From: Patescibacteria group bacterium
Lineage (GTDB): Bacteria > Patescibacteriota > Patescibacteriia > 2-12-FULL-60-25
DNA length: 64,000 nucleotides
NCBI GenBank assembly: GCA_018061025.1
Contig: JAGOUY010000005.1
Coordinates: forward strand, 11,377-75,376
Direction of reading: 5' to 3'
Part shown: one piece after another, positions 7,630 through 17,859 of the stretch
Numbering within the stretch: position 1 is the stretch's first letter
Layout: each line of letters opens with the position of its first letter
The notes under the pieces: model-generated
What the model saw: only the letters and a program-made list of their open reading frames with translations
Told to the model about the DNA's origin: nothing
Database searches by the model: none
Made by a program: the position numbers and the translations under genes

Positions 7630-8790
7630 GTGGAACAACCTTTTATCACCGTTGAGACTCCGAAAGATTCGACGATTCTGGCGTATGGGACGGCGCCAGG
7701 TTTTGGGTATCGACGGGCGTTGGTTTGGGGGTTGATCCTGATCAGTACTTTGATTATTAGCAGCCTTTTATGGTGGGGCTTGTCGCGACCGCTCCCCATG
7801 AGTGCTCAGACGCTTATCGTTGTGACGCGACCGTCTGCGGCACAAGAGGAGGTTCCGGAGCGGATTCGCGAGCAGTTACCGGAGCCGTGGCGTGTCGCCC
7901 TTAAGAGTGGGTCACGTTGGCCGGTTGCGCTTGGAGGTGGGCTGGGTCCGAACGGGTGGACATGGTTTGCGGTCGTGCCACGGTGGGTGGGTGGGTCAGC
8001 GGGACTTCCTCAGACCCAGGCGGGCTTGGGTCGCATCCTGTATGACCAAGCGCCGCTCGGAGAGACAAGCGCGATCCGCTACCTCGATGGGATGAAAACC
8101 TGGTTACGACATCCTCTCCAACAGGCGAGCGGTTCGTTTGCCTTGGGAGATGTCAGCACCTCGTCTACCATGGCAACATTTACGTATGAAAAGGATATTG
8201 TGCGCACTTCTTTACCTTTTGAGCATCGTGTGACCGGCTTTACTCCGAGAATGGCGGATATAAGCGTGAATTTATCGGCACTAACGGGAGTTACTCGCGA
8301 TGAGCTGCTGCACGAACTCCCCATTCCTCAATTTGCGGTCCTGCCGGAGGTGCAAGAAGCTCACTTTATCTTTGGAACTGAGGGGGTGGCGGAATCCATC
8401 CAGCTCGTGCATAGCGAAACGGTGTCCAAGGAACGGGTCAAGGCGGTATTGGCTGGATTTGGGGTAACAACGAAACGCGTGATCCAGCTTGCGGATGGGA
8501 CGTTGGCGACTGAGCTTACCAGTGGAGATGGGGAGATGAACGCACCTGTGCGTCTGCGGACGGGTGAATCCTTATTTATCCAGGATCGGGATATTCGCTA
8601 TGGGAGCAGTACGGAACCATTTCCGACGATTACGGCGGCATGTGGCGAGCGACCCGTGGTCGGGAGAGTTTCGGCGAGTGCGTTACAAAAACTTGTGCAG
8701 GGGATCGGACTTATGTTTGATCTCTCTTCGATTACAGGTTGGCAATTGGGAGAGGATGAGGATGGGAACATGATTTTGTGTAAAGAGTAG
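7630..8790 (+). CDS. hypothetical membrane-anchored protein (386 aa)
   Basis: Track ORF with a GTG start and one N-terminal TM helix (ALVWGLILISTLIISSLLWWGL). No family recognised. Confidence 0.55.
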   Translation: MEQPFITVETPKDSTILAYGTAPGFGYRRALVWGLILISTLIISSLLWWGLSRPLPMSAQTLIVVTRPSAAQEEVPERIREQLPEPWRVALKSGSRWPVALGGGLGPNGWTWFAVVPRWVGGSAGLPQTQAGLGRILYDQAPLGETSAIRYLDGMKTWLRHPLQQASGSFALGDVSTSSTMATFTYEKDIVRTSLPFEHRVTGFTPRMADISVNLSALTGVTRDELLHELPIPQFAVLPEVQEAHFIFGTEGVAESIQLVHSETVSKERVKAVLAGFGVTTKRVIQLADGTLATELTSGDGEMNAPVRLRTGESLFIQDRDIRYGSSTEPFPTITAACGERPVVGRVSASALQKLVQGIGLMFDLSSITGWQLGEDEDGNMILCKE

Positions 8791-8811
8791 CAGGCAATAA
8801 AAAAATATTTC

Positions 8812-8877
8812 TTGTCCACAGGGTGTGGAGAAAGATATTCTGAGGCTGGGTTGTAATAAAATATTGATCTATCCACA
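8812..8877. promoter_or_regulatory. cluster of three 8/9 DnaA-box matches
   Basis: TTGTCCACA at 8812-8820 and TGTGGAGAA at 8824-8832 form the inverted repeat TCCACAgggTGTGGA. CTATCCACA is at 8869-8877. The flanks are AT-rich. Confidence 0.4.
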
Positions 8878-9691
8878 AGCGATGTTTGATCAGAACGGAA
8901 AAATATTGTATTATGTGTATGTAAGGTTCTGAGTGGCAGACCTCACACATCATCGTAGGCGATGATGCCTGTTCTTTCCTTGTGCGTCTCGTTCTTTGTG
9001 AGAGAGTGTTCGTGAGTCGTGCGTGAGCAGAGTAAGAGGTTATTACATGAGTGTCAGGAGTTGAGTACGTCGTTCTTTATGTGCACCTTGTTAAGAGGAA
9101 GGTATGTCCAACCTCACTCTCAGAACAGATATATTCGTCGATCAAACACAGCCGTGCTTGATGGAAGAACATATTTGTCGGAACTCGTGAACCACGAGTG
9201 ATCATCTACAGCGCTCTTTTTACTGCCAAGAAAGACTGGTTTCTGTCTTCGACGGAAACCGATCAATCCGTTAACTTTCCCGTTGTATCTAGCATCCACA
9301 GAAGCGATTTGATGAATTTTTCTCATCACATCACCTCTGTGGGTGCGGAAAAACAAAACCAACCCTAAAAGCAAGCGGGCCGTAACCGCAATAGACGTCT
9401 TTGACGCACTATGTACCTCGGCGTCCGCGGCGGGATGGTGGACGGAGCAGTTATCTAACGTGGTCTTAGGATGTATCCCTATCGTGCGTGCCCTTCTGCA
9501 CGGAACGAGATCGGATCAAATCCAAATGACCCTGCGGAGCCGTTCGCGCCCCTCATTAACTTGAGAGAGCCCGCGAGCGGCTCTATTCTTTTTCTCCTGT
9601 TATCCTTGTACGTATGCGACGGACTATTGCGTCTAAGGATAATGAGAGAAGAAATTGACAGATTCTCTCTCGCCCTGGAAGGTGGGGCAGT

Positions 9692-10075
9692 ATGGTGACT
9701 CCCTCTCTGTTTGTTAGTGCATGTTCGACGATCTTTCTCGAAAATATGCGCGTGTCTTGTCGGATTGGTGTTCCGGAAGAAGAGCGGCTGCACCCACAAA
9801 CGATTCTTGTGACGGTTCGCTGCAAGCTGGGAGATTTAAAGATGGAAAAAGATGAGATGGAGGTGAGTTTGAATTATCACACTCTTGCAGATCAGATTCG
9901 TGCATTAGGCAAAACTTCTCATTCGAGAAAGCTCTTAGAAACATTCACGCATGAGATTGCTGAGATTTGTTTTCTTGATGAGCGTGTACAAGAAGTATGT
10001 GTTGAAGCGAAAAAGCCGGACAGATTTGAGGATGTGGCGTATGTGGGGGTGGAGCGGGTATTTAGACGTCTCTAA
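9692..10075 (+). CDS. dihydroneopterin aldolase (FolB)-like protein
   Basis: IFLENMRVSCRIGVPEEERLHPQTILVTV ... LLETFTHEIAEICFLDERVQEVCVEAKKP fits the FolB-family tunnelling-fold pattern. The start codon is uncertain. Confidence 0.5.
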   Translation: MVTPSLFVSACSTIFLENMRVSCRIGVPEEERLHPQTILVTVRCKLGDLKMEKDEMEVSLNYHTLADQIRALGKTSHSRKLLETFTHEIAEICFLDERVQEVCVEAKKPDRFEDVAYVGVERVFRRL

Positions 10076-10186
10076 TATTATTTTTTATCTTTTTTTTAGA
10101 GTCATCTTTATTCTGCTCTAAAAACTAGGCGAGACAGATTTACCATTTGCTTTTTTGACATTTTTCCGCTACCCTTTAGGAAATAT

Positions 10187-10549
10187 ATGCTGTCCTCCAC
10201 CGTATTGAAGAAGATGAAAGACTTGCTCGAGCAAGAAAAAGTCCGCTTGGAAAAAGAGCTGGAAGCATTTGGCGCGTCAAAAACAGATGAAGTAGCCTAT
10301 CCAGAAACAGGAGGGAACTCTGATGATGATAATGCCGCAGAAATTACGGAGTATGCCGATGAGGTTTCGTTGGTAGACCGGGTGCGAAGTGAGCTTAAGG
10401 ACACGCTCAAGGCATTGGAAGCCGTCGCAAAAGGAACCTATGGCACTTGCCGATATTGTAAAAAAGATATTGACCTTAAACGCTTAGAAGCACGCCCAAC
10501 CTCTTCAAGCTGCATTGAGTGTAAAAAGAGTTTGACACAAGAGCTCTAA
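10187..10549 (+). CDS. DksA/TraR C4-type zinc-finger protein
   Basis: Coiled-coil N-terminus, then CRYC...(17 aa)...CIEC. Confidence 0.8.
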   Translation: MLSSTVLKKMKDLLEQEKVRLEKELEAFGASKTDEVAYPETGGNSDDDNAAEITEYADEVSLVDRVRSELKDTLKALEAVAKGTYGTCRYCKKDIDLKRLEARPTSSSCIECKKSLTQEL

Positions 10550-10585
10550 GTTTTACGCGGCCTGTAGGAGGAAGGGATATTTCTT

Positions 10586-11038
10586 ATGCGTCGCTTGATC
10601 CAAAATTATTGTCTTTGCACCATCACGGCCTTAGGAGTCGTGATTTTGGATCTGTGGAGCAAGAAGTTTTGGTTTGCACGTGAAGAAATGTGGACGGGAC
10701 TCGCTCCCCTCTTGCAAACGATCCATCATCGTAACTATGGGCTCATGTTTAACCTTCCAGCGCCGACGTGGATGATTGTGGGCGTGTCTGGGCTGGTATT
10801 GCTGGCGGTGATTGTTTTATTTGGTCGTAAGCTCGCTTGGTGGCCCATGGCGATCGGACTTGGGCTATTGATTGGTGGCGCTTTGGGGAATGGGTATGAT
10901 CGGATTGCATTTGGGTTTGTGCGGGATTGGATCTTAGCATTTGGACGATCGGCATTTAATGTAGCTGATATCGCGATTGGGGCTGGACTCCTTCTTTTAT
11001 TCTGGTATCGAGACAAAAAGGTTGACGAGTTCGTTTAA
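10586..11038 (+). CDS. lspA: lipoprotein signal peptidase II
   Basis: NYGLMFNL, GGALGNGYDRIAFGFVRDWI and FNVADIAIGAG motifs, with four TM segments. Confidence 0.9.
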   Translation: MRRLIQNYCLCTITALGVVILDLWSKKFWFAREEMWTGLAPLLQTIHHRNYGLMFNLPAPTWMIVGVSGLVLLAVIVLFGRKLAWWPMAIGLGLLIGGALGNGYDRIAFGFVRDWILAFGRSAFNVADIAIGAGLLLLFWYRDKKVDEFV

Positions 11039-11056
11039 TTGGTTACTATAAGAGGT

Positions 11057-11198
11057 ACGTCCCTCAACTTCCGCAAAACTCACAGTGATTATTTCCTAAC
11101 GTTGGTGCGTTTGTGGTACTCCACAAACTCTCTCCTCCCAACGTTTGGAGACTCTTATTCACTGTCGATGTTTTGCGGGCGTTGAGGGAGGTTTTTTT
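11057..11198 (+). terminator. ~135-nt extended imperfect hairpin ending in T7
   Basis: Pairings: CCCTCAAC 11061-68 with GTTGAGGG 11181-88; CCGCAAAAC 11071-79 with GTTTTGCGG 11170-78; TAACGTTGG 11097-105 with CCAACGTTt 11138-46; GTTTGTGG 11109-16 with CCACAAAC 11121-28. TTTTTTT follows at 11192-98. Confidence 0.6.
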
Positions 11199-11265
11199 GT
11201 TTCAGGAAGAGGGTTTTTGACTAATCTATGTACTTTCTTTAGGATCGAGGGCGGAGGTGTGAACC

Positions 11266-12393
11266 ATGACGGGAGATCACGCTACCAACGAGGGGTTTGA
11301 GCTTAAAGATCACTTGCGGCTGGACGAAGCGTCCAACGGAGCACCGCAGATGCTTGGTGGCCAGCCTGCTCCTGCCTGGCCGGATTACGCTTCTCTTCTT
11401 CGCGTGTACGAGATTCTTTCGCTCCACTCGCAAGAGCGTGACCAGGGACTCCCTTTCGTGGCCAACCCTCTTACGATCTTGGCTGACGAGGAACATGCGG
11501 AACAATTTCTCACCGCGCTGCATGCGCGCCGCTGCATCCTCCTGCGTGAAGATGATGACGAGTCATTGCCGGAGCGAGCGCTTATCATTCAGCCTCCTAC
11601 CGAACAGGACCACGTCTACCCTCTTCGTATTCTTCTTTCGGAGGAGGACATGGCAGAGATCAATGCCATGCCCACCGTCTTGGACGGCAATAAAGATTCA
11701 CGCTGTCTCGTGAATGGGGTTGAGGTGGCCGAGGAGGGAGATGATGTAGACTCAGATGATGGAGGGGTGCCTTCTCCCGATGCTAATGCACATATACGAG
11801 TCATGCATGATGCGCGTGCCGCTCTCAGTGCCATGATCCAGTGCTGCCTTGAAGCGCTTAAGCGTGCCGCAGATGATGACGGTACCGTTCTCTGGCCCCT
11901 TCGGGTGATCGAAGACGTACTCGCCCAGATGAACCTTCCTGCTGGAACAGCTGTCGAGTTTATCAATACCCTTATTCATGAGGGATACGCATTCACTGCA
12001 CCGGGATATGCAGCCTTGCAATTGATTCAGCCTTCAGCGCCTGCGGAGCGTACGCGTATGGCAGAGGATGATGCGGCGGTAGACGAAGAAAAAACTGTCA
12101 TTCCTCAACAAGTGGTCGCCGGCAACGGCCTGGTACGATTTCGTGGCAAAACCTTTCCACCCTCTCTTCTGCCCGCGTGTATTCGTCTTCTCAGAGAACA
12201 CGCGACACCGGAAGGAATCGTTTATGATTACATTACGCTGATCAAACGCCTGTTGGCCGAGCACGAGGTCGATCCAGGACGGTATCTTGGGGTGATTAAA
12301 AAGCTGAGAGCGGATGCGGCGATTATTCACTTTGATCGTAGAGGATATATCGTCATCTCTTTGCCAGCAAAACCCGGACTTTCTCGAGTATAA
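11266..12393 (+). CDS. hypothetical acidic protein (375 aa)
   Basis: Track ORF with D/E-rich tracts. No family recognised. Confidence 0.5.
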   Translation: MTGDHATNEGFELKDHLRLDEASNGAPQMLGGQPAPAWPDYASLLRVYEILSLHSQERDQGLPFVANPLTILADEEHAEQFLTALHARRCILLREDDDESLPERALIIQPPTEQDHVYPLRILLSEEDMAEINAMPTVLDGNKDSRCLVNGVEVAEEGDDVDSDDGGVPSPDANAHIRVMHDARAALSAMIQCCLEALKRAADDDGTVLWPLRVIEDVLAQMNLPAGTAVEFINTLIHEGYAFTAPGYAALQLIQPSAPAERTRMAEDDAAVDEEKTVIPQQVVAGNGLVRFRGKTFPPSLLPACIRLLREHATPEGIVYDYITLIKRLLAEHEVDPGRYLGVIKKLRADAAIIHFDRRGYIVISLPAKPGLSRV

Positions 12394-12447
12394 TTTACTT
12401 CTTAGCGCTGATTTGCCCCATGCTTGCAAGTTGGCGTTTTGTCTTTT

Positions 12448-13320
12448 TTACGGCAATATGTTGGTCGAGGTGGAGGAGGATGCAGATGGTTTTTTAGGAA
12501 AAGGTCGCGTTGACGTTGCGCGTATAGGAAGCGACGATCGAGTGGTAGTAGCCGGACGCGGGGGTGCTATCACTTGTGCCGTGGAAGTGACCGTAATATT
12601 CATGGCGGTGCTCGTTGCTTGCGTCCGTTCATTCCAAATAGGCAAAGGGCTATCGTACACAACGCGGCGGACGTCGGTTATTTCTCGGCCGTAGCGTTTG
12701 CGGGCGTGGACGACGATGAGGGTGGTGCCGCGCGGGATATCTAAGGAGAATTGGAAGGCGCCGTCTGGCTCTACGTAGGCTTGGCGGCCGTTCACGTTTA
12801 CACTTGCGTCGGGGTCGGTGTTTCCACGCACGATTACGCTTGGCGCATCAAGACGGGTGCCGTCTTTTGGTTCGGAAATGGATAGGGTCGGTGGCTTGGA
12901 GATACGGTGACCTTGAAGAAAAACATAGCCGCCAAGACCAATTGCGAAGAGAATGAAACCAGCGGCGGCGACAAGTTTATATCCCACCAGAAAATCGGTG
13001 AGATGGATTTTGCGGGTGCGTGGTAACAAATCTTCGGTGCGACGTTTGAAACGGCTTGCATCGATCCCTTCATGATATTTCTGGACGGTGTAGGGCACAC
13101 TGCCGCCTAAAAATGTGACGTAGGCGCGTAGCATGCGTTCGCCGTAGACGACGTCATCAATCTCTGCCCAACGCTCTTCTTCCCAAAGCCTAATGAGGGA
13201 TTCGTTTATTTTTGTGTGGGTCGCAGCCTGAAGCCGCGTGAGGCCCGCGCGTTCACGCCATTCGACTAAATCTTGCCCGATACGTCCCGAGGCGTTGATT
13301 GATTTTTGAATAAAAGCCAT
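12448..13320 (-). CDS. HTH (XRE-type) membrane protein, RodZ-like architecture
   Basis: N-terminal HTH (LVEWRERAGLTRLQAATHTKINESLIRLWE), a single TM helix (LVAAAGFILFAIGLGGYVFL) and an extracytoplasmic beta-rich C-terminus. Confidence 0.65.
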   Translation of the reverse strand: MAFIQKSINASGRIGQDLVEWRERAGLTRLQAATHTKINESLIRLWEEERWAEIDDVVYGERMLRAYVTFLGGSVPYTVQKYHEGIDASRFKRRTEDLLPRTRKIHLTDFLVGYKLVAAAGFILFAIGLGGYVFLQGHRISKPPTLSISEPKDGTRLDAPSVIVRGNTDPDASVNVNGRQAYVEPDGAFQFSLDIPRGTTLIVVHARKRYGREITDVRRVVYDSPLPIWNERTQATSTAMNITVTSTAQVIAPPRPATTTRSSLPIRATSTRPFPKKPSASSSTSTNILP

Positions 13321-13352
13321 GTGAACACCTGAGACTTGGTAAGCGATCTACG

Positions 13353-15599
13353 TTACTCTTCTTTAGCTTCGGGAGGTGCATCTTCATCTGCTAAAGGAGG
13401 TGGTTCGTCGGAACCTAAGTCTGCTTTAAGTATTTCGCGGGGCTTGGCGCCATCGGAAGGACCGATAAAACCTTCTTGTTCGAGGAGGTCGAGAAGACGC
13501 GCTGCGCGGGCGTAGCCGACCTTGAGGCGACGCTGCAAAAGGGAGGCGGAGGCTTTGCCTGCGCGTAAGATTTCATCTTTCGCCGCAGGAATGAGTTCGT
13601 CGCTATCCCCATCGTCATCCCCTCCTCCATTAAAGACGGTACCGCCTGCATTAGAACGCTCGGTGACGGAGAGATCGTAATCGGCAGGATCGTATTTTGA
13701 TTTGATGAATTCGACAACGCGGCCAATTTCCAAATCTGATAAGAAGGCACCTTGGACACGTTTTGGAGTCGCTAATTCGGCGGTTGAGAATAGCATGTCG
13801 CCACGACCTAAGAGTTTTTCGGCGCCTTGTTGGTCTAAAATGGTACGGGAATCGATGGCGGAAGCAACAGCAAAGGCGATACGGCCAGGGATATTGGCTT
13901 TGATAAGACCCGTGATGACGTTTACGGATGGACGCTGGGTCGCAAGGACAAGATGGATCCCGACGGCGCGTGACATTTGCGCGAGGCGGACAATTGGGCC
14001 TTCGATGTCGGCTGATGATGTAACCATGAGATCGGCTAGCTCGTCGATGATGACGACAAGATAGGATAACTTGTCCTGAACACGAGTGTTGTAATCAATT
14101 AAATTACGCGCACCAAATTTGGCGAGCATGTCGTAGCGACGGTCCATTTCACGCAGGGCCCACTTGAGAGCGTTTACCGTTTCTGGGACGCGCGTGATGA
14201 CGGGGGTGATGAGATGAGGGATACCATTGTAGATTTGTAATTCGACACGCTTTGGATCAACCATGATAAATTTCACGTCATCAGGACCCGTTGTATACAG
14301 GATCGACATGATGATGGCGTTCAAACACACGGATTTTCCGGAACCAGTAGCACCAGCGACTAACAAGTGGGGCATGCGGGCGAGATCTGCCACCCAGGGT
14401 TTGCCGGAGACGTCTTTCCCAAGGACGAAGGTGATGGGGCTTTTGCGTTCGCGGAATTCTTTGGAATCGATAATTTCTCGAATGCCGACGGTGGCGACGG
14501 ATTGGTTAGGAACCTCGACGCCGACAAGAGATTTGCCTGGAATAGGCGCTTCAATACGAATCGGGTGGGCCGCCAAGGAAAGAGCGAGATCGTTATGTAA
14601 ACCGATGATACGTGCCAATTTTACGCCTTCGGAGGGTTTGAAGGTGAACTGTGTGACGGTTGGACCGACAGAAACCTCACCCATCTCGACTGGGATGCCG
14701 AAGGTTTCGAGGGTGCGGCGAATGACTTCACGGTTATGGACGATGTCGCCAGAGGTTGGACGTTGATCGCGGCGTTCTAATAATTCCAAGGGGATCTCTA
14801 CACGTGGATAGCGTCTTTTGGGCTTGGCGGGAATAGCCGCTACCTCCTCCTCCTCTTCTTCTGCTTCTTCCGATTCCTCATTTTCTTCTTCACTCTCCTC
14901 AGACATATCTCCTTCTTCCACTTCGGATTCTTCTGAAGTGGATTGGGAGACAGATGTATTTGATTCAATATTAGAAACGGAAACAGATTGCTCAGCAAGC
15001 GCGAGAGAACGACGGGCTCGAGCGTCACTCCATTTTTGTAGGACGGCTTGGAGTCCGGCGTAGAGCATGCCAAATCCCTTTACAACCCAACGGAATAAGA
15101 AGAGAACTTCTGATAACGTGGCATTAAACATTAAAATGAAGGCCACGATCAGACCGGCGGTGGTAAGGGTGATGGCTCCGGCGGAGCCGAGGAGTTGGAT
15201 TAAGGGGTTCGCGAGCATTTCTCCCAACTTTCCTCCGGCGACCGCGAGGGCTTGGTCGGCGACAGGGACGGTTGATTCAAAGCTCACGGTGTGAACGAGG
15301 GGGTTAAGGGTAAGAAAAAAGAGAAAAATGCCTATGGCGTTTGTGAGACGGAGAGAAAAACGATCGGGGGCGAGAACCGAATAGCCCCATGCCATAAAAA
15401 TAAAGGGCAAGATGATCTTGTCCCAGCCAAAAACGTGTGAGACACCTTCATCCAAGGCCTGCCCTAGGGAACCGGCTAAATCGAAATAACCTAGCAAGAG
15501 AATGATGGCGAAGGCGAAAAGACCTACCACCGCTAACCCTCGGCGGGTTTCAGGATCTAAGGTGAGATCAATAACGGGTTGTTTGCGTCGTCTGGCCAT
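13353..15599 (-). CDS. ftsK: DNA translocase FtsK/SpoIIIE
   Basis: N-terminal TM helices and an acidic linker. Walker A GATGSGKS and Walker B IIDELADLM. Gamma-domain winged helix LLQRRLKVGYARAARLLDLLE. Confidence 0.95.
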   Translation of the reverse strand: MARRRKQPVIDLTLDPETRRGLAVVGLFAFAIILLLGYFDLAGSLGQALDEGVSHVFGWDKIILPFIFMAWGYSVLAPDRFSLRLTNAIGIFLFFLTLNPLVHTVSFESTVPVADQALAVAGGKLGEMLANPLIQLLGSAGAITLTTAGLIVAFILMFNATLSEVLFLFRWVVKGFGMLYAGLQAVLQKWSDARARRSLALAEQSVSVSNIESNTSVSQSTSEESEVEEGDMSEESEEENEESEEAEEEEEEVAAIPAKPKRRYPRVEIPLELLERRDQRPTSGDIVHNREVIRRTLETFGIPVEMGEVSVGPTVTQFTFKPSEGVKLARIIGLHNDLALSLAAHPIRIEAPIPGKSLVGVEVPNQSVATVGIREIIDSKEFRERKSPITFVLGKDVSGKPWVADLARMPHLLVAGATGSGKSVCLNAIIMSILYTTGPDDVKFIMVDPKRVELQIYNGIPHLITPVITRVPETVNALKWALREMDRRYDMLAKFGARNLIDYNTRVQDKLSYLVVIIDELADLMVTSSADIEGPIVRLAQMSRAVGIHLVLATQRPSVNVITGLIKANIPGRIAFAVASAIDSRTILDQQGAEKLLGRGDMLFSTAELATPKRVQGAFLSDLEIGRVVEFIKSKYDPADYDLSVTERSNAGGTVFNGGGDDDGDSDELIPAAKDEILRAGKASASLLQRRLKVGYARAARLLDLLEQEGFIGPSDGAKPREILKADLGSDEPPPLADEDAPPEAKEE

Positions 15600-15673
15600 G
15601 ATAGGGGTAGTTTAGCGTGTTACGCTTGAGATGGCGAGAAGGATCTATGCGTTTGGCGAATAGCTTTGTAAAG

Positions 15674-15719
15674 AAAAAGTCCTCGTCGTGTCCCATAGAA
15701 GGGATGAGAGGACTTTTTT
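15674..15719. terminator. bidirectional intrinsic terminator between recA and ftsK
   Basis: AGTCCTC...GAGGACT hairpin, flanked by an A-run on the 5' side and a T-run on the 3' side. Confidence 0.6.
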
Positions 15720-15738
15720 ACGTTCTTTTGACGTGAAC

Positions 15739-16812
15739 TTATTCTTCTGGAGGAGCCTCCTCATCCGCTGGAGGTGGGGTGCGCGCAGGAAGCGCGCCTT
15801 CGGAGGCTTCACGAGCTTGGTAGGTCACAATACATTTTTCACGGATTTGCTTGAGGAGATCCGGACGTTCACGGAGCGTACTCTTCGCCGCTTCGCGACC
15901 GACGCCCAACTTTTCTGAGTCGAAGCTATAGGTGTTACCGCTTTTGGCGACCACGCCAAGCTCGACCCCCGCATCTAACAAGTCGCCGGATACAGAGATC
16001 CCTTCGTTATACATGATGTCGAATTCACAGGTGCGGAAGGGAGCGGCGACTTTGTTTTTTACGATTTTTACTTTAACACGATTACCGATGATCTTTTCTC
16101 CCATTTTAATTTGCGCGGAACGACGGACTTCGACACGCACGGAACAGTAGAATTTAAGCGCGTTGCCGCCAGGCGTGGTTTCTGGGTTGCCGAAGACGAT
16201 ACCGATTTTTTGACGGATTTGGTTGATGAAGACGACGGTGGTCTTGGAGCGGGAGATGATGGCGGTGAGCTTGCGGAGGGCTTGGGACATGAGGCGCGCC
16301 TGAAGACCCATGTGCTGATCTCCCATGTCGCCTTCAATTTCTGCTTTAGGCGTAAGCGCGGCGACGGAATCGACCACGATGACATCGACGGCATTAGAGC
16401 GCACCAAGGTTTCAACGATATCGAGGGCTTGTTCACCCGTGTCTGGCTGAGAGATGAGGAGTTCGTCGATGTTTACGCCAATTTTGCGCGCATAGTCTGG
16501 ATCGAGCGCATGTTCGGCGTCTACGAAGGCCGCTACCCCACCCGTTTTTTGCGCTTCGGCGATGACGTGCTGGGCGAGCGTGGTTTTTCCAGAGGCTTCT
16601 GGACCGTAGACTTCGATAATACGGCCACGAGGAAAACCGAGCACGCCGAGCGCCATATCAAGGGAGAAACAGCCGGTAGGAATGGCATCGATTTGCATTT
16701 TGCGGGCTTCGCCGAGACGCATGATGGAACCGTCGCCAAATTTTTCTTTAATTTGGTCGATGGCGGTTTTGACGGCTAAGGAGCGGCCGTCTTGTTCAGA
16801 TTTTTTTGGCAT
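15739..16812 (-). CDS. recA: recombinase RecA
   Basis: [10 protein letters not shown]-loop. [14 protein letters not shown] and a typical RecA core throughout. Confidence 0.97.
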   Translation of the reverse strand: MPKKSEQDGRSLAVKTAIDQIKEKFGDGSIMRLGEARKMQIDAIPTGCFSLDMALGVLGFPRGRIIEVYGPEASGKTTLAQHVIAEAQKTGGVAAFVDAEHALDPDYARKIGVNIDELLISQPDTGEQALDIVETLVRSNAVDVIVVDSVAALTPKAEIEGDMGDQHMGLQARLMSQALRKLTAIISRSKTTVVFINQIRQKIGIVFGNPETTPGGNALKFYCSVRVEVRRSAQIKMGEKIIGNRVKVKIVKNKVAAPFRTCEFDIMYNEGISVSGDLLDAGVELGVVAKSGNTYSFDSEKLGVGREAAKSTLRERPDLLKQIREKCIVTYQAREASEGALPARTPPPADEEAPPEE

Positions 16813-16971
16813 AAGAAGTAAGGTTCGGGATGAATGAGTGTTCTATTTCCGTTCTATATGTACCATATCACCAGACCGCTCGCATGTGAAGGTGGTGTCA
16901 AGGGATCAAGCCTCGTAGAAACGAGGCAAGAAGAGAAATAAACTATTATTTGTTGGGAAGGATCATCTTTG

Positions 16972-17859
16972 TTACGGGCAGCGCCCGTAAAAGTAGGGTT
17001 CGAGTGGAATGACAGGACGTACTCCGGGCGTTCGGCTCCAACGGTCGAGGCAGAGGAGCGCTTCGGCGTCGGCGAGCTCGTTGCCATCGAGCGTGATAGA
17101 GGCCACGCCGCCGCGATTGGCGGGCGTTCCCCTACTCCCGGGCCAGTCTAGCAGGTACATGCCCGCGCAGTGAGCGGAGAGCACGAGCTGTCCTTGCAGG
17201 CGGCCGCAGATGGAATAGCTCAGGGTGCCGCCGGGCGTGCTTTCGTGGGGGTGGCCATCGAAATCATAGAGGATGGATGACCAACCCGGCGTGCAGCGAG
17301 GCATGGTGGCCGCGTTGAGGCGGATCGTGAGCGTATGGCACTCAATCGGCATGGACATGACGTCGGGAGGCGGCTCCACGAGGGAGACATCTGGCGTCAG
17401 GATGACATCGGGGCTGGGCACACTCACATCCGGAGGCGGAGGTGCAGAGACGTCTTCGACAGGAACTGCATCCGGCGGAGGCGTTGCGTCACGGGGCGGC
17501 GGGAAAGACAGCTCTGAATCGGCGGCCGCATCGTGCGGGATTTGGGACAGCTCGGCATCCGAGGCAGGCGTCATGCTGGCATCACGCCGGTGCACGGTGA
17601 CGGAGGCGTCGGACAGAGATGCCACGTCGAGCTGATTGGTCGATGCGTCATAGCGCGGCAGCTGGTCGAACATCGGAACCGTCTTGTCAGCATCGGCCGT
17701 GCTGTCGAGCGGACGGTCGGGACGAGCGGAGGCGTCCGAAATCGCTTCCAGATCATCGCCGGCGGCGCAGGAGGACAGGCAGAAGATGCAGAAGAGAACG
17801 AAGAGGAGGAGAGAACGAGAGGGCGGAACCGTGCGAATGAACTCGATGACCGTACGCAT
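16972..17859 (-). CDS. GC-rich hypothetical lipoprotein with Pro/Asp-rich linker and Cys-containing C-terminal domain
   Basis: Signal peptide plus lipobox (LFCIFCLSSC-AAG). PPPD-type repeats (PPPDVSVPSPDV, VEPPPDV). Conspicuously GC-rich relative to recA and comEC. Confidence 0.6.
   Translation of the reverse strand: MRTVIEFIRTVPPSRSLLLFVLFCIFCLSSCAAGDDLEAISDASARPDRPLDSTADADKTVPMFDQLPRYDASTNQLDVASLSDASVTVHRRDASMTPASDAELSQIPHDAAADSELSFPPPRDATPPPDAVPVEDVSAPPPPDVSVPSPDVILTPDVSLVEPPPDVMSMPIECHTLTIRLNAATMPRCTPGWSSILYDFDGHPHESTPGGTLSYSICGRLQGQLVLSAHCAGMYLLDWPGSRGTPANRGGVASITLDGNELADAEALLCLDRWSRTPGVRPVIPLEPYFYGRCP

Noticed and set aside
9080-9140. GAGGAAGGTATGTCC ... CAGAACAGAT as RNase P RNA P4-forming motifs
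   Set aside because: These are inexact matches to GAGGAAAGTCC and ACAGAA, the spacing is far too short, and no other conserved regions are present.
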